Source of the DNA: Tubiluchus corallicola
Taxonomy: Eukaryota; Animalia; Priapulida
Direction of reading: 5' to 3'
Assembly (NCBI GenBank): GCA_030141605.1
Contig: JAQGDQ010001509.1
Coordinates: 1-37,242 of the forward strand
Length of the DNA stretch: 37,242 bases
The translations under genes and the position numbers were made by a program. Under the pieces are notes generated by a model that worked only from the letters and a program-made list of their open reading frames with translations, was not told where the DNA came from and ran no database searches. This document shows positions 24,512 through 36,985 of this stretch, in pieces (positions within the stretch are counted from its first letter, which is position 1; every line of letters starts with the position of its first letter).

Positions 24512-24876
24512 TGTTGTGGAGATCGCTGACCTCAAGTAGAAGTGCATGGAACATTTTAGAATGTTCCGTCGGAATGACCGCCTTACCGTCCGTCTGGATT
24601 GTTCTCGAACATTTGTTCAGGAAGTTTCTACAGCGCACTATATAAGGCGAAGTAGGCTGCAGACACGGGATCGCACATCGCACACAGATCTCACAGACGT
24701 AATACTTACATTTTCAGATATACTTAAACGTTTTCCAGATTTTCACGTTTAGTATAATCATTTCTCGTTCCTTCATCTTTTTGTGTAGTAGAATTCTCGC
24801 TAAATAAAGTAGTTTTATTTTACGGCATGTTTTATGGTGTTCTCTACGAGCCTTCCGAGAGAAACAAAATACAACA
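24512..24876 (+). mobile_element. Solo LTR (365 bp) with a perfect 5-bp TSD
   Basis: ATATG|tgttgt...acaaca|ATATG; internal TATA box (tatataagg) and downstream aataaa; no internal domain. Confidence 0.9.
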
Positions 24877-24882
24877 ATATGC

Positions 24883-25812
24883 AAACAAGAAAGGTAAGTT
24901 GAATTTAAAAGGCATTTGTCTTAAAACTAAAATCAAACCTCGGTGTGCAAGATGTTTGCAAACTTGCAAGCAACTTTTTCATCAAACGGTTCACAATGTT
25001 TTTAGCTTCCCCCCCAAAATATTGTATTAATATGTCTTTACGTTTTGTCTTTGTATGATTAGGTATATGGTCAGCTTAGGAAAAAATTATCTTATTGTAA
25101 AACAATTTCAAACATGTGAAAGGCAGTCAAACTGTTAAAATAAAATACCTGCAAGTCCAATTTACACAAATGCAAAGACAGTGAAAACACTAGACTACGA
25201 GCCTAGAAAGGAGTAATAACCTAGAAAAAACTAGTAGGTGCGAAAGTGTAATAGCGCCTAAGTTTTTCTTCTTCGAGGTCTCATTCCATCTGTTGTAAAC
25301 ATTAGCATTAATTAAAGTATTCACCCACTCCTGTCTGCAGCTAACGGCGTAAGTTCTTCTGTTCCTAAAGATACATTTGGTTGAAGTTGTTGAATATCTT
25401 TATTTATCTTAGCTATCCAAGTTGTTTTTGGCTTGCCAAGTGGCTTTTGCCAAGGGTTTAAGGCTTCCTTTAAGACGATTCTTACTGGTGTTTCACTTGG
25501 TAATCTTAGAAGGTATCCTAGCCATCTTAATCTTCGGAACTTGGCTTTTAAACTCCAAGGAATTTCTTTCGTTCTGGTATATAATTTAAATCTTCATTTT
25601 TGATTATAAACGGCCAATTTTTATCTTTAAAACAGTCCTCAGAAGACTTTTATCAAACGTGTCAATCTGCTTTTCTTGAGTAATCGTTAATCCCCACGTT
25701 TCACTGTTGTGGATAAATATGCTGGCAACGTGAGCATTAAATAATCGAGGTCTTATGTTAAGACTTAATTTCTTGCACTTACGTTGAAAAAAGCATGCAC
25801 TGCTTTCTGTTT
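24883..25812. repeat. Left arm of an older, diverged inner inverted repeat
   Basis: Reverse complement of 26101-27000, roughly 90% identical by eye, with indels. Confidence 0.92.
25330..25800 (-). pseudogene. Degenerate non-LTR retrotransposon (RTE-like) ORF2 C-terminal fragment
   Basis: KLSLNIRPRLFNAHVASIFIHNSETWGLT..EKQIDTF..SLLRTVLKI, then RLRWLGYLLRLPSETPVR..KPLGKPKTTW: the typical post-RT region of LINEs. Frameshifted. Confidence 0.75.
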
Positions 25813-26100
25813 TTAATATTACGTTCCTGTGTTTAGAAGAGTGCCCATATATTTGCACTTGTTTCCTTTTCCACCATCTTTTGCACTAATATATTCTTCT
25901 GTTTTTGATTAGTAGTTTGCTTGAAGAATAACTTACATCTCGTTATTAACTTTTCTTACGTCTCCATATGTGACCTACTGTACTGTCACTGCTCTGTGCG
26001 TACAGTAAATTAAAAAAGCGCACTGTTAGTAAAAGTTTCTCAACGACCATACCGTGGATACCGTGGATACGCTCGATACTCTTCAAAACCAGTGGCGATC

Positions 26101-27000
26101 AAACAGAAAGCGAGTGCATGCTTTTTTCAACATCAAGTGCAAGAAATTAAGTCTTAAAATAGGAGCTTCGATTATTTAATGCTCACGTTACCAGCATATT
26201 TGTGTACAACAGTGAAACATGGGGTTTAATGATTGCTGAAGAAAAGCAAAATGATATGTTTCACAGAAGTCTTCTAAGGAAAGTTCTAAAGATAAGCTGG
26301 TCATACATAATCAAAAATGAAGATTTATGCAATAGAACAAAAAAGAAATTTGTTGAAGTTCAAAATTCAAGTTCCAAAAACGGCTAGGACACCTTCTGAG
26401 ATTACCAAGTGAAACACCAGTAAGAATCGCCTTAAAACCTTGCAAAAAACCACCTGGTAAACCTAAAACAACTTGGATGGCTAAGATAAATAAAGATGTT
26501 CAACAACTTTAAATGTATCTTTAGGAGTATGAAGAACTTACGCCGTTGCTGCAGACAGGAGTGGGTGAATACTTTAATTAATGCTAATGTTTACAACAGA
26601 TGGAATGAGACCTCGAGAAGAAAAAACTTAGGCGCTGTGCACTTTCGCACCTACTAGTTTTTTCTAGGTTATTACTCCTTAGGCTCATGTCTAGTGTTTT
26701 CACTGTCTTTGCATTTATTGTAAGTGGACTTGCAGGTATTCCATTCTGGGATTTGACTGCCTTTCACATGTTTGAAATTGTTTTACAATAAAGATAATTT
26801 TTTCCTAAGCTGACCATGTACTTTAATCGCTAAAGACAAAACGTAAAGACATATTAATAGAATATTTTGGGGGGGAACCTAAAAACATGGTGAACCGTTT
26901 GATGAAAAAGTTGCTTGCAAGTTTGCAAACATTTACACACCGAGGTTTGATTTTGGTTTTAAGACAAATGCCTTTTAAATTCAACTTACCTTTCTTGTTT
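26101..27000. repeat. Right arm of the inner inverted repeat
   Basis: Mirror of 24883-25812; directly abuts the giant right arm at 27003. Confidence 0.92.
26115..26570 (+). pseudogene. Degenerate RTE-like LINE fragment (mirror copy)
   Basis: YNSETWGLMIAEEKQNDMFHRSLLRKVLKISW..IKNEDL, then WLGHLLRLPSETPVR. Frameshifted. Confidence 0.75.
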
Positions 27001-27209
27001 ACTGCATTTTACTTTAATATGTCTATTTTATCTTTGCACTTAAATTTAGAATTTGTATACGCATTTTGTATAAATGGGTCTGAATTGTGAAACTGAAATT
27101 TGAACATTGAAATTTTATCAAAAATGTTTCTATTATCCTGTGCTTATTAGACTTGTCTATTAAATTAATAAAAAATTTCTTTTTAGGAGGTTCTTGCCAC
27201 AAGTCTGCA

Positions 27210-27319
27210 ATGAAAACAATAAAGTCTTCCTACTTCAGCTTATTCATTTTGGTCATTGTTTCTGCTTTATCTTACCTTCTTTGGGTTAGAAGAGGTTGGA
27301 TAACCCAGCGGTCTGAGAG
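27210..27319 (+). CDS. GAL3ST: GAL3ST copy B, N-terminal transmembrane exon (acceptor ttttag| at 27186)
   Basis: ATG at 27210, same peptide as copy A; donor AG|gtaagt, phase 2. Confidence 0.85.
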
Positions 27320-27379
27320 GTAAGTGCAGTACTCGCTGTCTCATACTTACGTCGTAACCGAATCGTGAAGCTGAGAGTA

Positions 27380-28541
27380 GGTACTGGTAGAGTTCATCTT
27401 GCAGTCAGCTGCAGCTGGTGATCTGGTATGGTACTGGTAGAGTTCACCTTGCAGTCAGCTGCAGCTGGTGATCTGGTATGGTACTGGTAGAGTTCACCTT
27501 GCAGTCAGCTGCAGCTGGTGTTCGGGTATGGTGCTGGTAGAGTTCACCTTGCAGTCAGCTGCAGCTGGTGTTCGGGTGTGGTACTGGTAGAGTTCACCTT
27601 GCAGTCAGCTGCAGCTGGTGATCTGGTATGGTACTGGTAGAGTTCACCTTGCAGTCAGCTGCAGCTGGTGATCTGGTATGGTACTGGTAGAGTTCACCTT
27701 GCAGTCAGCTGCAGCTGGTGATCTGGCATGGTACTGGTAGAGTTCACCTTGCAGTCAGCTGCAGCTGGTGATCTGGCATGGTACTGGTAGAGTTCACCTT
27801 GCAGTCAGCTGCAGCTGGTGATCTGGCATGGTACTGGTAGAGTTCACCTTGCAGTCAGCTGCAGCTGGTGATCTGGTATGGTACTGATAGAGTTCACCTT
27901 GCAGTCAGCTGCAGCTGGTGTTCGGGTGTGGTACTGGTAGAGTTCACCTTGCAGTCAGCTGCAGCTGGTGATCTGGTATGGTACTGGTAGAGTTCACCTT
28001 GCAGTCTGCTGCAGCTGGTGATCTGGTATGGTACTGGTAGAGTTCACCTTGCTGTCAGCTGCCGCTGGTGATCTGGTGTGGTACCGGTAGAGTTCACCTT
28101 GCAGTCAGCTGCCGCTGGTGATCTGGTATGATACCGGTAGAGTTCACCTTGCAGTCAGCTGCAGCTGGTGATCTGGTATGGTACCGGTAGAATTCACCTT
28201 GCAGTCAGCTGCAGCTGGTGATCTGGTGTGGTACCGGTAGAGTTCACCTTGCAGTCAGCTGCAGCTGGTGATCTGGTGTGGTACCGGTAGAGTTCACCTT
28301 GCAGTCAGCTGCAGCTGGTGATCTGGTGTGGTACCGGTAGAGTTCACCTTGCAGTCAGCTGCAGCTGGTGATCTGGTATGGTACCGGTAGAGTTCACCTT
28401 GCAGTCAGCTGCAGCTGGTGATCTGGTATGGTACCGGTAGAGTTCATCTTGCAGTCAGCTGCAGCTGGTGATCTGGCATGGTACTGGTAGAGTTCACCTT
28501 GCAGTCAGCTGCAGCTGGTGATCTGGTATGGTACTGATAGA
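27380..28541. repeat. 50-bp minisatellite, mirror copy
   Basis: Reverse complement of 21286-22447 with the same order of variant units. Confidence 0.96.
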
Positions 28542-29206
28542 TTAAACACAGCCGTTGTGCAGTAGCAAGATTCTAAATTTGCCAACTTTCCATGGCTTGA
28601 GTCAAAGCTTTCGTTTTATTTTTGCGTGAATGTAGTAACTAAAGGGAATGTGATATTAAATACAAGTAAATTTCACTGTAAACTCATATCTGGGTTTACC
28701 AGGCCTCATTTTTACGGATATCGCAAAAATCAAACAAAATCTGGACCGTTAAAAAGTCCTGTTTACTTTTTTTAGTTTCATTTAGTTTTGTTTATTATTA
28801 TCGCATTCAGTACAATATGCTGACATTAAGCACACAGTGACATCAAAATTATTACGTCATACTGTATTAAATTGTTATGTTTCATGCACTATCGTTATCA
28901 TAAAAGAATAATTGTACTGCAGTGGGCTAGAGAAGCAAAGGCTTGTATAAGCCCACTGTTATGTGAACATATTAGCAAAATGCAATTGTAAATTAGGTAA
29001 GAAATATGAAGAGTGAGTTAAAAATTACAAAAAACTGGAAAATCAGTCTCACTCATGTAAGTCTATTTAATATATTTGGCAAGTGGTTTTGTACAAAAGC
29101 TTTTAGGGTATAATTGTTTAGATTTAACGTAGTACAAAAAACATTTGTACAAAATGTTCGAAAATAAATACTGTCCAAAGTTTAATACACTAACATCATG
29201 TGTATA

Positions 29207-29472
29207 GACGGCTTAGTCTAGTGGTAATGCGTCTGCTTTCCTTCTGGGAGGTCGTGAGTTCGAACCAGCGGCCGGGTAATACCAAAGACTCTAAAAATGC
29301 TACCTGCTGTTGCCCTGCCTGACGCGTGGTATTTAGGGTAAAAGTGGGGTAATAATGGTCTCTGTTATGTAGTTGTAGGTTGTTATTTACAGTCGGCGAT
29401 AATAGCTCTATGAGTTAATGTTAATTGTTGACCCAAAAGCCAACTTTAAATAAAGATTATTATTATTATTAT
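29207..29472 (+). mobile_element. tRNA-derived SINE in the GAL3ST intron (copy B)
   Basis: A box tagtctagtgg, B box gagttcgaacc, core taccaaagactctaaaaatgctacctgctg (reminiscent of Meta-domain SINEs, unverified), aataaa and (TTA)n tail. Confidence 0.82.
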
Positions 29473-29637
29473 AGTTTATTTACATTATTGTAAACATCTT
29501 CAACATAATATCATTATTGTAGCACAGATATTTTCTTCTATTAACTTTATATTAAGAATTAAAATTTGAAAAACCATTCATAATTTAAATAACTCAGTGT
29601 GCAGTTTCTGATCTCTGTTGCCGTTTTGCTTTTGCAG

Positions 29638-30736
29638 TTTTGTCTATCGACCGACTCTCACGGCGGAAGTTCGTTACTTGATGTTGAAAAATCATCCAGA
29701 TGCGTTCAATAATAGCAGCCAGAGTAACCATAGTTTTATGTCTGCGGAACGTACGTGCAAACCCGTGCATGACATCTTCTTTCTCAAAACTCACAAGTGT
29801 GCCAGTAGTAGTCTGCAGAATATCTTCATGAGATACGGAAAGTATAATAATCTGACTTTTGTCTTACCCTCTTGGGGTAATTACCTGGGTTTCTTTCGCA
29901 AGTTTTTTCGCACTATGATGATGGAACACCCGCGTGGAGAGTACAATATCTTTTGTCATCACACGAGATACAATCCAGAGACTATTCGATCTGTTATGCC
30001 CAAAGCCAAGTTTGTGTCAATCGTACGACATCCTGCGGATCTGCTCGAATCGTTTTACTCGTTCTCCAAGTATGACAAACGTTACGGGACGGATTTCGAC
30101 ACTTACATTCGGAACCCTCGGATGTACTTCGACAAAGCTCCGCGCGCTACGCCACCGGGAAGAAATACCATGATGTTTGATTTCGGCTTGGACTTTGAAC
30201 ATTTCGATAACGAGAGGCGAATCGAAGAGAAAATTAATTCAATAAAGAACGAATTTGACTTGATTATGATTGCAGAATATTTTGACGAGTCCCTAGTTCT
30301 GTTGAGAGATTTGCTGTGTTGGGATTGGATTGACGTTGTCGTCTTCAAAGTGAATGCCAGGTTTCCTGGCAAAAAAACTCAGTTAACTGAAGAACAACGA
30401 CATTTGATAGAATCGTGGAGTAGCGCAGATATGAAACTTTACTCAACATTCAAGGAAATATTTTTTAAGAAGATTGAGGAATTTGGGAAAGAACGGATGG
30501 CTGATGATTTAGCCGCTCTGCATAATAAAACACAAGAAGTTTACGATCATTGTGTTAGCAACATGGTAACTAAGGACGAAATACAGAACACGAAGTTGAA
30601 AAGCTGGTCTCCGGATGTCTACAACTTTAAACTGAAGTCCAATGATACAATTTGTATTGATCTTGCCAAAGCTGAGTTGCCATTCACAACTGAACTCAAA
30701 CGTAAACTTTGGCCAAACAGAACTTTTACTGTTTAA
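29638..30736 (+). CDS. GAL3ST: Galactose-3-O-sulfotransferase family, copy B, catalytic exon
   Basis: Protein identical to copy A in the ORF track. Acceptor ttttgcag at 29637; AG+T = Ser restores the frame; 110+1099 nt = 402 aa plus stop. Confidence 0.93.
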
Positions 30737-30798
30737 TCAGCTCTGAATCTCTAGATGTTAACATCGAATCTCTATCTTTGCAGCTTACACAGTTTATA

Positions 30799-31428
30799 TG
30801 TGCGCTTGCATAACAAAATCGTCCATAAGTCGGCAATTAATGTTTTCTAGTTATTCACGTATTCTGAATCTCCATTTCATGAGGATCATTTTGATAATAA
30901 CTTCAACACTCTATGTTATTTCTAAGCTGAGATAATCCACATTGAAGTTGAGGTGCAGTCTATGCAGTGAAAAACATAATCTTGAGAAAATCGCTGTTAA
31001 AGTCAGCCATTGTTTTGTGTCGCGTTTCTACAAAACACTTAGCAACAGCACTAGCAAAGTGTGAGAACCATTTTGTAAGAACACATTGAAGTTACGTTTA
31101 AATCCAGTAGATGGCTCTTCCTGGTGAAAATTTGGGCTTGACAACAGAAAAAACCCTAAGCTAAATGACAGCCTTTCTTGCAATTGCAGTACTACTTTGT
31201 AAACAGAGAAGTGAGCATGGCGTTATAAAATTAAATTTTTATTATTTTTTGAACATTTTCTTGATAATTTTATGCTAGAATATAACATTCCAATATATTT
31301 TCCATTTGTCTTCATAAAAAAATGAAAAAGTAACATTAGGCCAAAATTTTGGTGCATTCTACTTTAAAGCATCAGAACGTAGTTTTAACTATACCGACTT
31401 ATGAATGGTTTTGGTTTGCAAGCACACA
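30799..31428. mobile_element. TA-flanked MITE, mirror of 18401-19031
   Basis: Same TIRs and TA flanks. Confidence 0.72.
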
Positions 31429-31482
31429 TATTACATGTAGAAGTGTAATGTGCAAAATATTTTAATGTCAGTGAGTAACTGA

Positions 31483-31979
31483 TGTGACAAATCATGGAGT
31501 CCTGCAGAGAATTTGTAACAAATCATGGAGTCCTGCAGAGAATTTGTAACAAATCATAGAGTCCTGCAGAGAATTTGTAACAAATCATGGAGTCCTGCAG
31601 AGAATTTGTAACAAATCATGGAGTCGTGCAGAGAATTTGTGACAAATCATGGAGTCCTGCAGAGAATTTGTGACAAATCATGGAGTACTGCAGAGAATTT
31701 GTAACAAATCATGGAGTCGTGCAGAGAATTTGTAACAAATCATGGAGTCCAGCAGAGAATTTGTGACAAATCATGGAGTCCTGCAGAGAATTTGTAACAA
31801 ATCATGGAGTCCTGCAGAGAATTTGTGACAAATCATGGAGTCCTGCAGAGAATTTGTGACAAATCATGGAGTACTGCAGAGAATTTGTAACAAATCATGG
31901 AGTCGTGCAGAGAATTTGTAACAAATCATGGAGTCCAGCAGAGAATTTGTGACAAATCATGGAGTCCTGCAGAGAATTT
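31483..31979. repeat. 31-bp minisatellite, mirror copy
   Basis: Reverse complement of 17850-18346. Confidence 0.95.
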
Positions 31980-32650
31980 CACTTGAAAGAAATTATCATG
32001 AGTATAGGTTGACATTTTCGTGTGAAGATCGTTTGAGCTGAAGATTGTGACAGATTGTAAAATGTCCAAGCGTTTAGTAGAAACATGTTCATTAGAAACA
32101 GTGTTTTTGTAACAGAAGTTCATGAGAAAAACTGATAAAAACCAAAAGTAACAGGTTGCCTTTGCTTCAAGGGTTAGTATGCAATATACAATGTAGATCA
32201 GTGAGCCCTCGCCATAGACATATACCATGTGGGCCACACAATCTGATAAAAGAACTTTTGTTTTTTGTGCATTGGGCTATGGACCAAATAAGATTGGGAA
32301 CCAGCATCCCACCGCTGTAAATAATTTATGTTTACTTATGTACGGATTGTAAATATAGCTTATTTAATTTTACATGCAGCAGCTTATTAAAACTGCAATT
32401 AATAAGTTACTCGAATTCTGTGTATGTTCATAATATGATAGTCATAAACCATGAGGTATATTCCAAATTGCAAATCATAATGATTTTTATTATGTAGTAC
32501 TAGCATAATTAATACTTTCAAAGGTGTAGGCTCTATTTTAAAGGTCTAGACATTTGGTGAGTACAAATCAGTGTTACAGAGATTGCTTTTATTCGTCAAG
32601 GAAATGAAATGACATGATTTTGCTTTTGTTAACGTGGATGTATCATATAC

Positions 32651-33104
32651 CAGTGGCGGATACAGGCTCCAGAAAAAGGGTGGGTCCAACGAAAAAGCGG
32701 CTAGGGGGTCTGGGGAACCCCAGCCGGCTACCAATGTATTTTACTGAATTTTAGAACATTTTTCTTACTGTTTCCTCGAGCAAATTCAATAGTTTAAAAC
32801 TCATTATGTCACCTCAAACTTTTGACTCTTAACTACACACCAATATACTAGCATACATCCTAGTATAGCATATAATTGCGCACAGCGACATCTTTGCCTA
32901 AAACTTCAATTATCACTTAAAGGGCACAAACGCTTTTACACTAAAATCATTAATGCAGAACTTTTTACTCGATATAAGTCATTAAAAGCTGCCACTAAAC
33001 GTTCTAAAGCTTATAATCCAGAGAAACATTCACTTGGCGTGCTGTAACTGCTACTACGAAAGGGGGGGCTGTCCTCTTGGGACCACCCCCTAAATCCGCC
33101 ACTG
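32651..33104. mobile_element. CAGTGGCGGAT MITE, mirror of 16725-17178
   Basis: Same TIRs. Confidence 0.75.
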
Positions 33105-33430
33105 TATACAGTTGTTAACTGGTATGTTGTCAACTTATCAGAAAATTAATTAAAGTGGTGCGTGTTAATTATGATAATGTTAATGTTGCATTCCTGTTTA
33201 TCTCATATTTAATTTTCTCATTTAATCAAGTTCTCTAATGTTTAATCTAGTTTTATTTGTCTTGAAAAGTCTTTTTGAGGACCAAACATTTCTTTCTCAT
33301 GTATTGTTTATTATTTTAATACCTAAAAGCAGCCTTTGTTGATATAGTTGAGTAACATTAGGTTACAGACAGTTTTTTCCACTTTTCATGTTAATTGATC
33401 ATGGCTGTATGGGTAATTATAACACATATG

Positions 33431-33648
33431 GGTATTGATGTAACATCAACTTTTGTGCAAGTCTGAAACATCTGGTATTGATGTAACATTAACTTTTGTG
33501 CAAGTCTGAGACATCTGGTCTTGCTGTAACATTAACTTTTGTGCAAGTCTGAAACATCTGGTCTTGATGTAACATTAATTTTTGTGCAAGTCTGAAACAT
33601 CTGGTCTTGATGTAACATTAACTTTTGTGCAAGTCTGAGACATCTGGT
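33431..33648. repeat. 43-bp minisatellite, mirror copy
   Basis: Reverse complement of 16181-16398. Confidence 0.93.
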
Positions 33649-34289
33649 CAGAAATCGGCATGTTATATTTATATGAACTTTTCCAATTTATTTCTCTCTG
33701 TTGTCTAAATAAAAATGAATATACACAAGTGCATATACTAGTTGTTACACTCTATAATAATATTAGCAAACAGGCGAATGCGTGCATAATAAAGTCGTAT
33801 TTATTAAACTAATTAGGAACTTAAACAAAGATCAGAACAGCAAGAGTCTAGAATGCAGAACACTCCTAAGCAATCACCGAGATCTTTGATCTACATAAAC
33901 CATATCTATGGTATTGTTATACTAATGTTTATCATGATTGACAGTGCTGTGTACAATAAACATGACGTCAGTTGTTTATGAAGGCATACACACTTTATTT
34001 ATAACATCATAATGCACAATATATCCAAAATTGCAAAAATCAAATTACCAATTGTGTTGCGACAGCAGTATTTTGTGTCTACAATGATTTTTATGTGAAT
34101 GTACAAACATGGCGGTTTTGGGAATGTGCAACCGGTAATTTCTGTAACGAACACCTGGCATAACAAAAGTTTTTTTTACGTTTCGAAGCCCTGCTTTCAC
34201 GAAAAATTTCTTTCTTTACCAGTGTTTGCAAATAGAAAAATTGGTAAGTTCACTGCTCAAGTGGTAAAAAGTCACATACGGTATGTATG

Positions 34290-34368
34290 TTTTAGCTGTT
34301 GATATGTTTCAGTAGATGGGGTACATACCCCACATACCCCATCTACTGAAACATATCAACAGCTAAAA
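34290..34368. repeat. Perfect 34-bp hairpin, mirror copy
   Basis: Reverse complement of 15461-15539. Confidence 0.95.
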
Positions 34369-35027
34369 TTTAGTGCAGAGTTTTGATTATGCAAGATAAA
34401 TGTGGACAATTACTTACTAGTTTAAGATTGTACAAAAAAACTAACAGAATTTTTTAATATATTTTTTTAACAGGTTTTTGAAATCCACATTAAAAGTTCC
34501 ATTTTCTGCTCCATCAAAGAAAGGCAATCAAAGACGAGTCAGAATAAGAACCTTAGTGATCTTGCATTATGTAGTAATACAATTAGTAAACTAGTGATAT
34601 TAGAAATTACAGATATTAAATTAGCACTTATATCATTGATACTACATTAGTTGAGAGTGTTGTCAAAGTGAAATCAAGTCTTAGCTTTTTACAGTTGTTT
34701 GAGAGACATGGGAAATCTTCTTGGGAGTCATTACATTACTTACTGATAGGATGATAGTTCATTCACATTCATTCTTCTCCAACAATGCCCATTTTAACTG
34801 AAGAGCAGAAAATGTTTCAAAGAACTGTTAACAATAACAAATTTTAGTCTGCAAATTTATCAGTACTGTACTGCATTAATATACACAATTCATAAAATTT
34901 ACGTTGCGCGCTAAACCACAAAGATTTGCTCTACATTAATTATGTGAAGTATACGTAATCAACATTTTTTTGTACATTTTATGACGTCAGTTAATCTAAT
35001 AAATTCTATTACACGTCAATTTTACAT

Positions 35028-35129
35028 TCACTTGACCAGCGGTCGGTTGCTATCATCCTCGCTGCATATTTGATTTCTGTATTTCTTCACTTCACTCAAG
35101 TACTGTGCCCATGGTTCTTTTGTAGATGC
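35028..35129 (-). CDS. TRIR: Duplicate TRIR terminal exon (exons 1-2 would lie beyond the window, if duplicated)
   Basis: Exact reverse complement of 14700-14801 with the acceptor intact. Confidence 0.8.
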   Translation of the reverse strand, partial: ASTKEPWAQYLSEVKKYRNQICSEDDSNRPLVK

Positions 35130-35198
35130 CTTAAACAAAATGTACATCTTAGGATCAAGCATCAGGTTTTGGAAAGTTATATATTGCAGTTCAGTATA

Positions 35199-35870
35199 CA
35201 GTAGGCGGTGATTAATAGACTCACGGTTAATAGACTCAATTGCTCAATTGACTCGAAAATGCCTGGTACGGGCCGCTTCTATTCAAATGTACATAAAAAC
35301 TATCGGTAGTTCATTCAAATAACTCCGCATAATTGACTCAATATTTTTCCTTCACCCACTTAAAATAAGACATTTGTATGTGCCCAAAGAGCCTTTCCTA
35401 GTTTTATGTCATCTTTACTTCGCTTCTGTGAACTATGCATGCAGAAACAATCATGTAAGTACCGTTTTGTTGTAAGCATGTCGTTTATCATGACTAATAC
35501 GCTAGTGTAGCAGTTTTGCTTTGAATCAGTTACCTGCTCGTCCACTGCAATTAGCCTCGTTACCCAAAGAATTATGGAAGCCAAACATTTAATCACTTAC
35601 TACCTTGCCTATTACTTTTTAATGTATTGCTAATTCATTGGTATAAATTAATATTTTAAAATATATTTTTTTCTAAAAATTTTACCCACGCAAAGGAATT
35701 TAGGCATTACTTCGTTTCTAAAATTCATTAAAAACATTTGCAATGCACACTAAGCTGGTGACTCATACTTCTGTACCTGTAATACTACACCCATCGGTTA
35801 ATAGGGTCAGTCGGTTAATTGGTTCAAAGCACTTCGGTCCTAAAATGAGTCTATTAAGTGGCGACTACTG
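35199..35870. mobile_element. pogo-like MITE, mirror of 13959-14630
   Basis: Same TIRs. Confidence 0.7.
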
Positions 35871-36008
35871 CATATAAAATCAAACTTAGTTAAATTTAGT
35901 TTTCTTTAGAGCAAATGAGTATTTAAATAGGAAGAAAAGAGAATCCTAAAGTACATCCTAAAGAACTTTCAATACAAAGTTATATTACTTATTGGAAGTT
36001 ATATAATA

Positions 36009-36011
<3 letters not shown>

Positions 36012-36074
<63 letters not shown>
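36012..36074. repeat. (TA)n microsatellite, mirror copy
   Basis: About 31 units. Confidence 0.97.
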
Positions 36075-36075
<1 letters not shown>

Positions 36076-36248
36076 TACAGTGGTAATTTTAAACACCCGC
36101 TAGGCGCAGGCTTTTTAACGGTAAGTCGTTTGAAATAAGTTTAGATAACATTGCGAGAACTTTGAAGGTATCTTTAGCACACTCTTCACTGACTAAGTAA
36201 CTGTTTAAGCTACTTTACACTGTCAATAAGATGAATAATGTGTTTTTG

Positions 36249-36727
36249 GTGAGCCAGTCATGCACATTGGGATAGTGAGCCAGTCGTGCACATTGGGATA
36301 GTGAGTCAGTCATGCACACTGGGATAGTGAGCCGGAGGTGCACACTGGGATAGTGAATCAGTGGTGCACACTGGGATAGTGAGTCACAGGTGCACACTGG
36401 GATGGTGAGTCAGAGGTGCACACTGGGATAGTGAGTCAGTCGTGCACACTGGGATAGCGAGTCAGACGTGCACACTGGGATAGTGAGTCAGTCGTGCACA
36501 CTGGGATAGCGAGTCACTCGTGCACACTGGGATTGCGAGCCAGTCGTGCACACTGGGATAGCGAGTCAGTCGTGCACACTGGGATAGTGAGTCAGTGGTG
36601 CACACTAGGATAGTGAGTCAGAGGTGCACACTGGGATAGTGAGTCAGAGGTGCACACTGGGATAGTGAGTCAGTGGTGCACACTGGGATAGTGAGTCAGT
36701 CGTGCACACTGGGATAGTGAGTCAGTG
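36249..36727. repeat. 26-bp minisatellite, mirror copy
   Basis: Reverse complement of 13106-13584. Confidence 0.95.
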
Positions 36728-36985
36728 TCATTTTACCAGATATATTATATTAGTTATTTTACGCTGACTTGCTTGAAAGACTGACGTAATTGGAAAAGAA
36801 AATTATTAATAAATTAAAACATTTGCGTCCCTTGGTAAAACAGCACTGCATCGTCATCCCAGTATGCACCACCGATTCACCAAAAACACGAATTGAACTA
36901 CGAATTTTCTTCAAACTTTACGCAATGACGTCAAAATGCGTTTCAAAGACTTGCCGCTAAAATGGCTACATCTACCAGTCAGTGC

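Noticed and set aside
29207-29280. tRNA gene
   Set aside because: A and B boxes are present, but I see no convincing acceptor stem, and it continues into a SINE core and (TTA)n tail.
29618-29637. ORF-track N-terminus MPFCFC of the 372-aa protein
   Set aside because: The TTG start lies in the polypyrimidine tract; the real exon begins at 29638 after cag.
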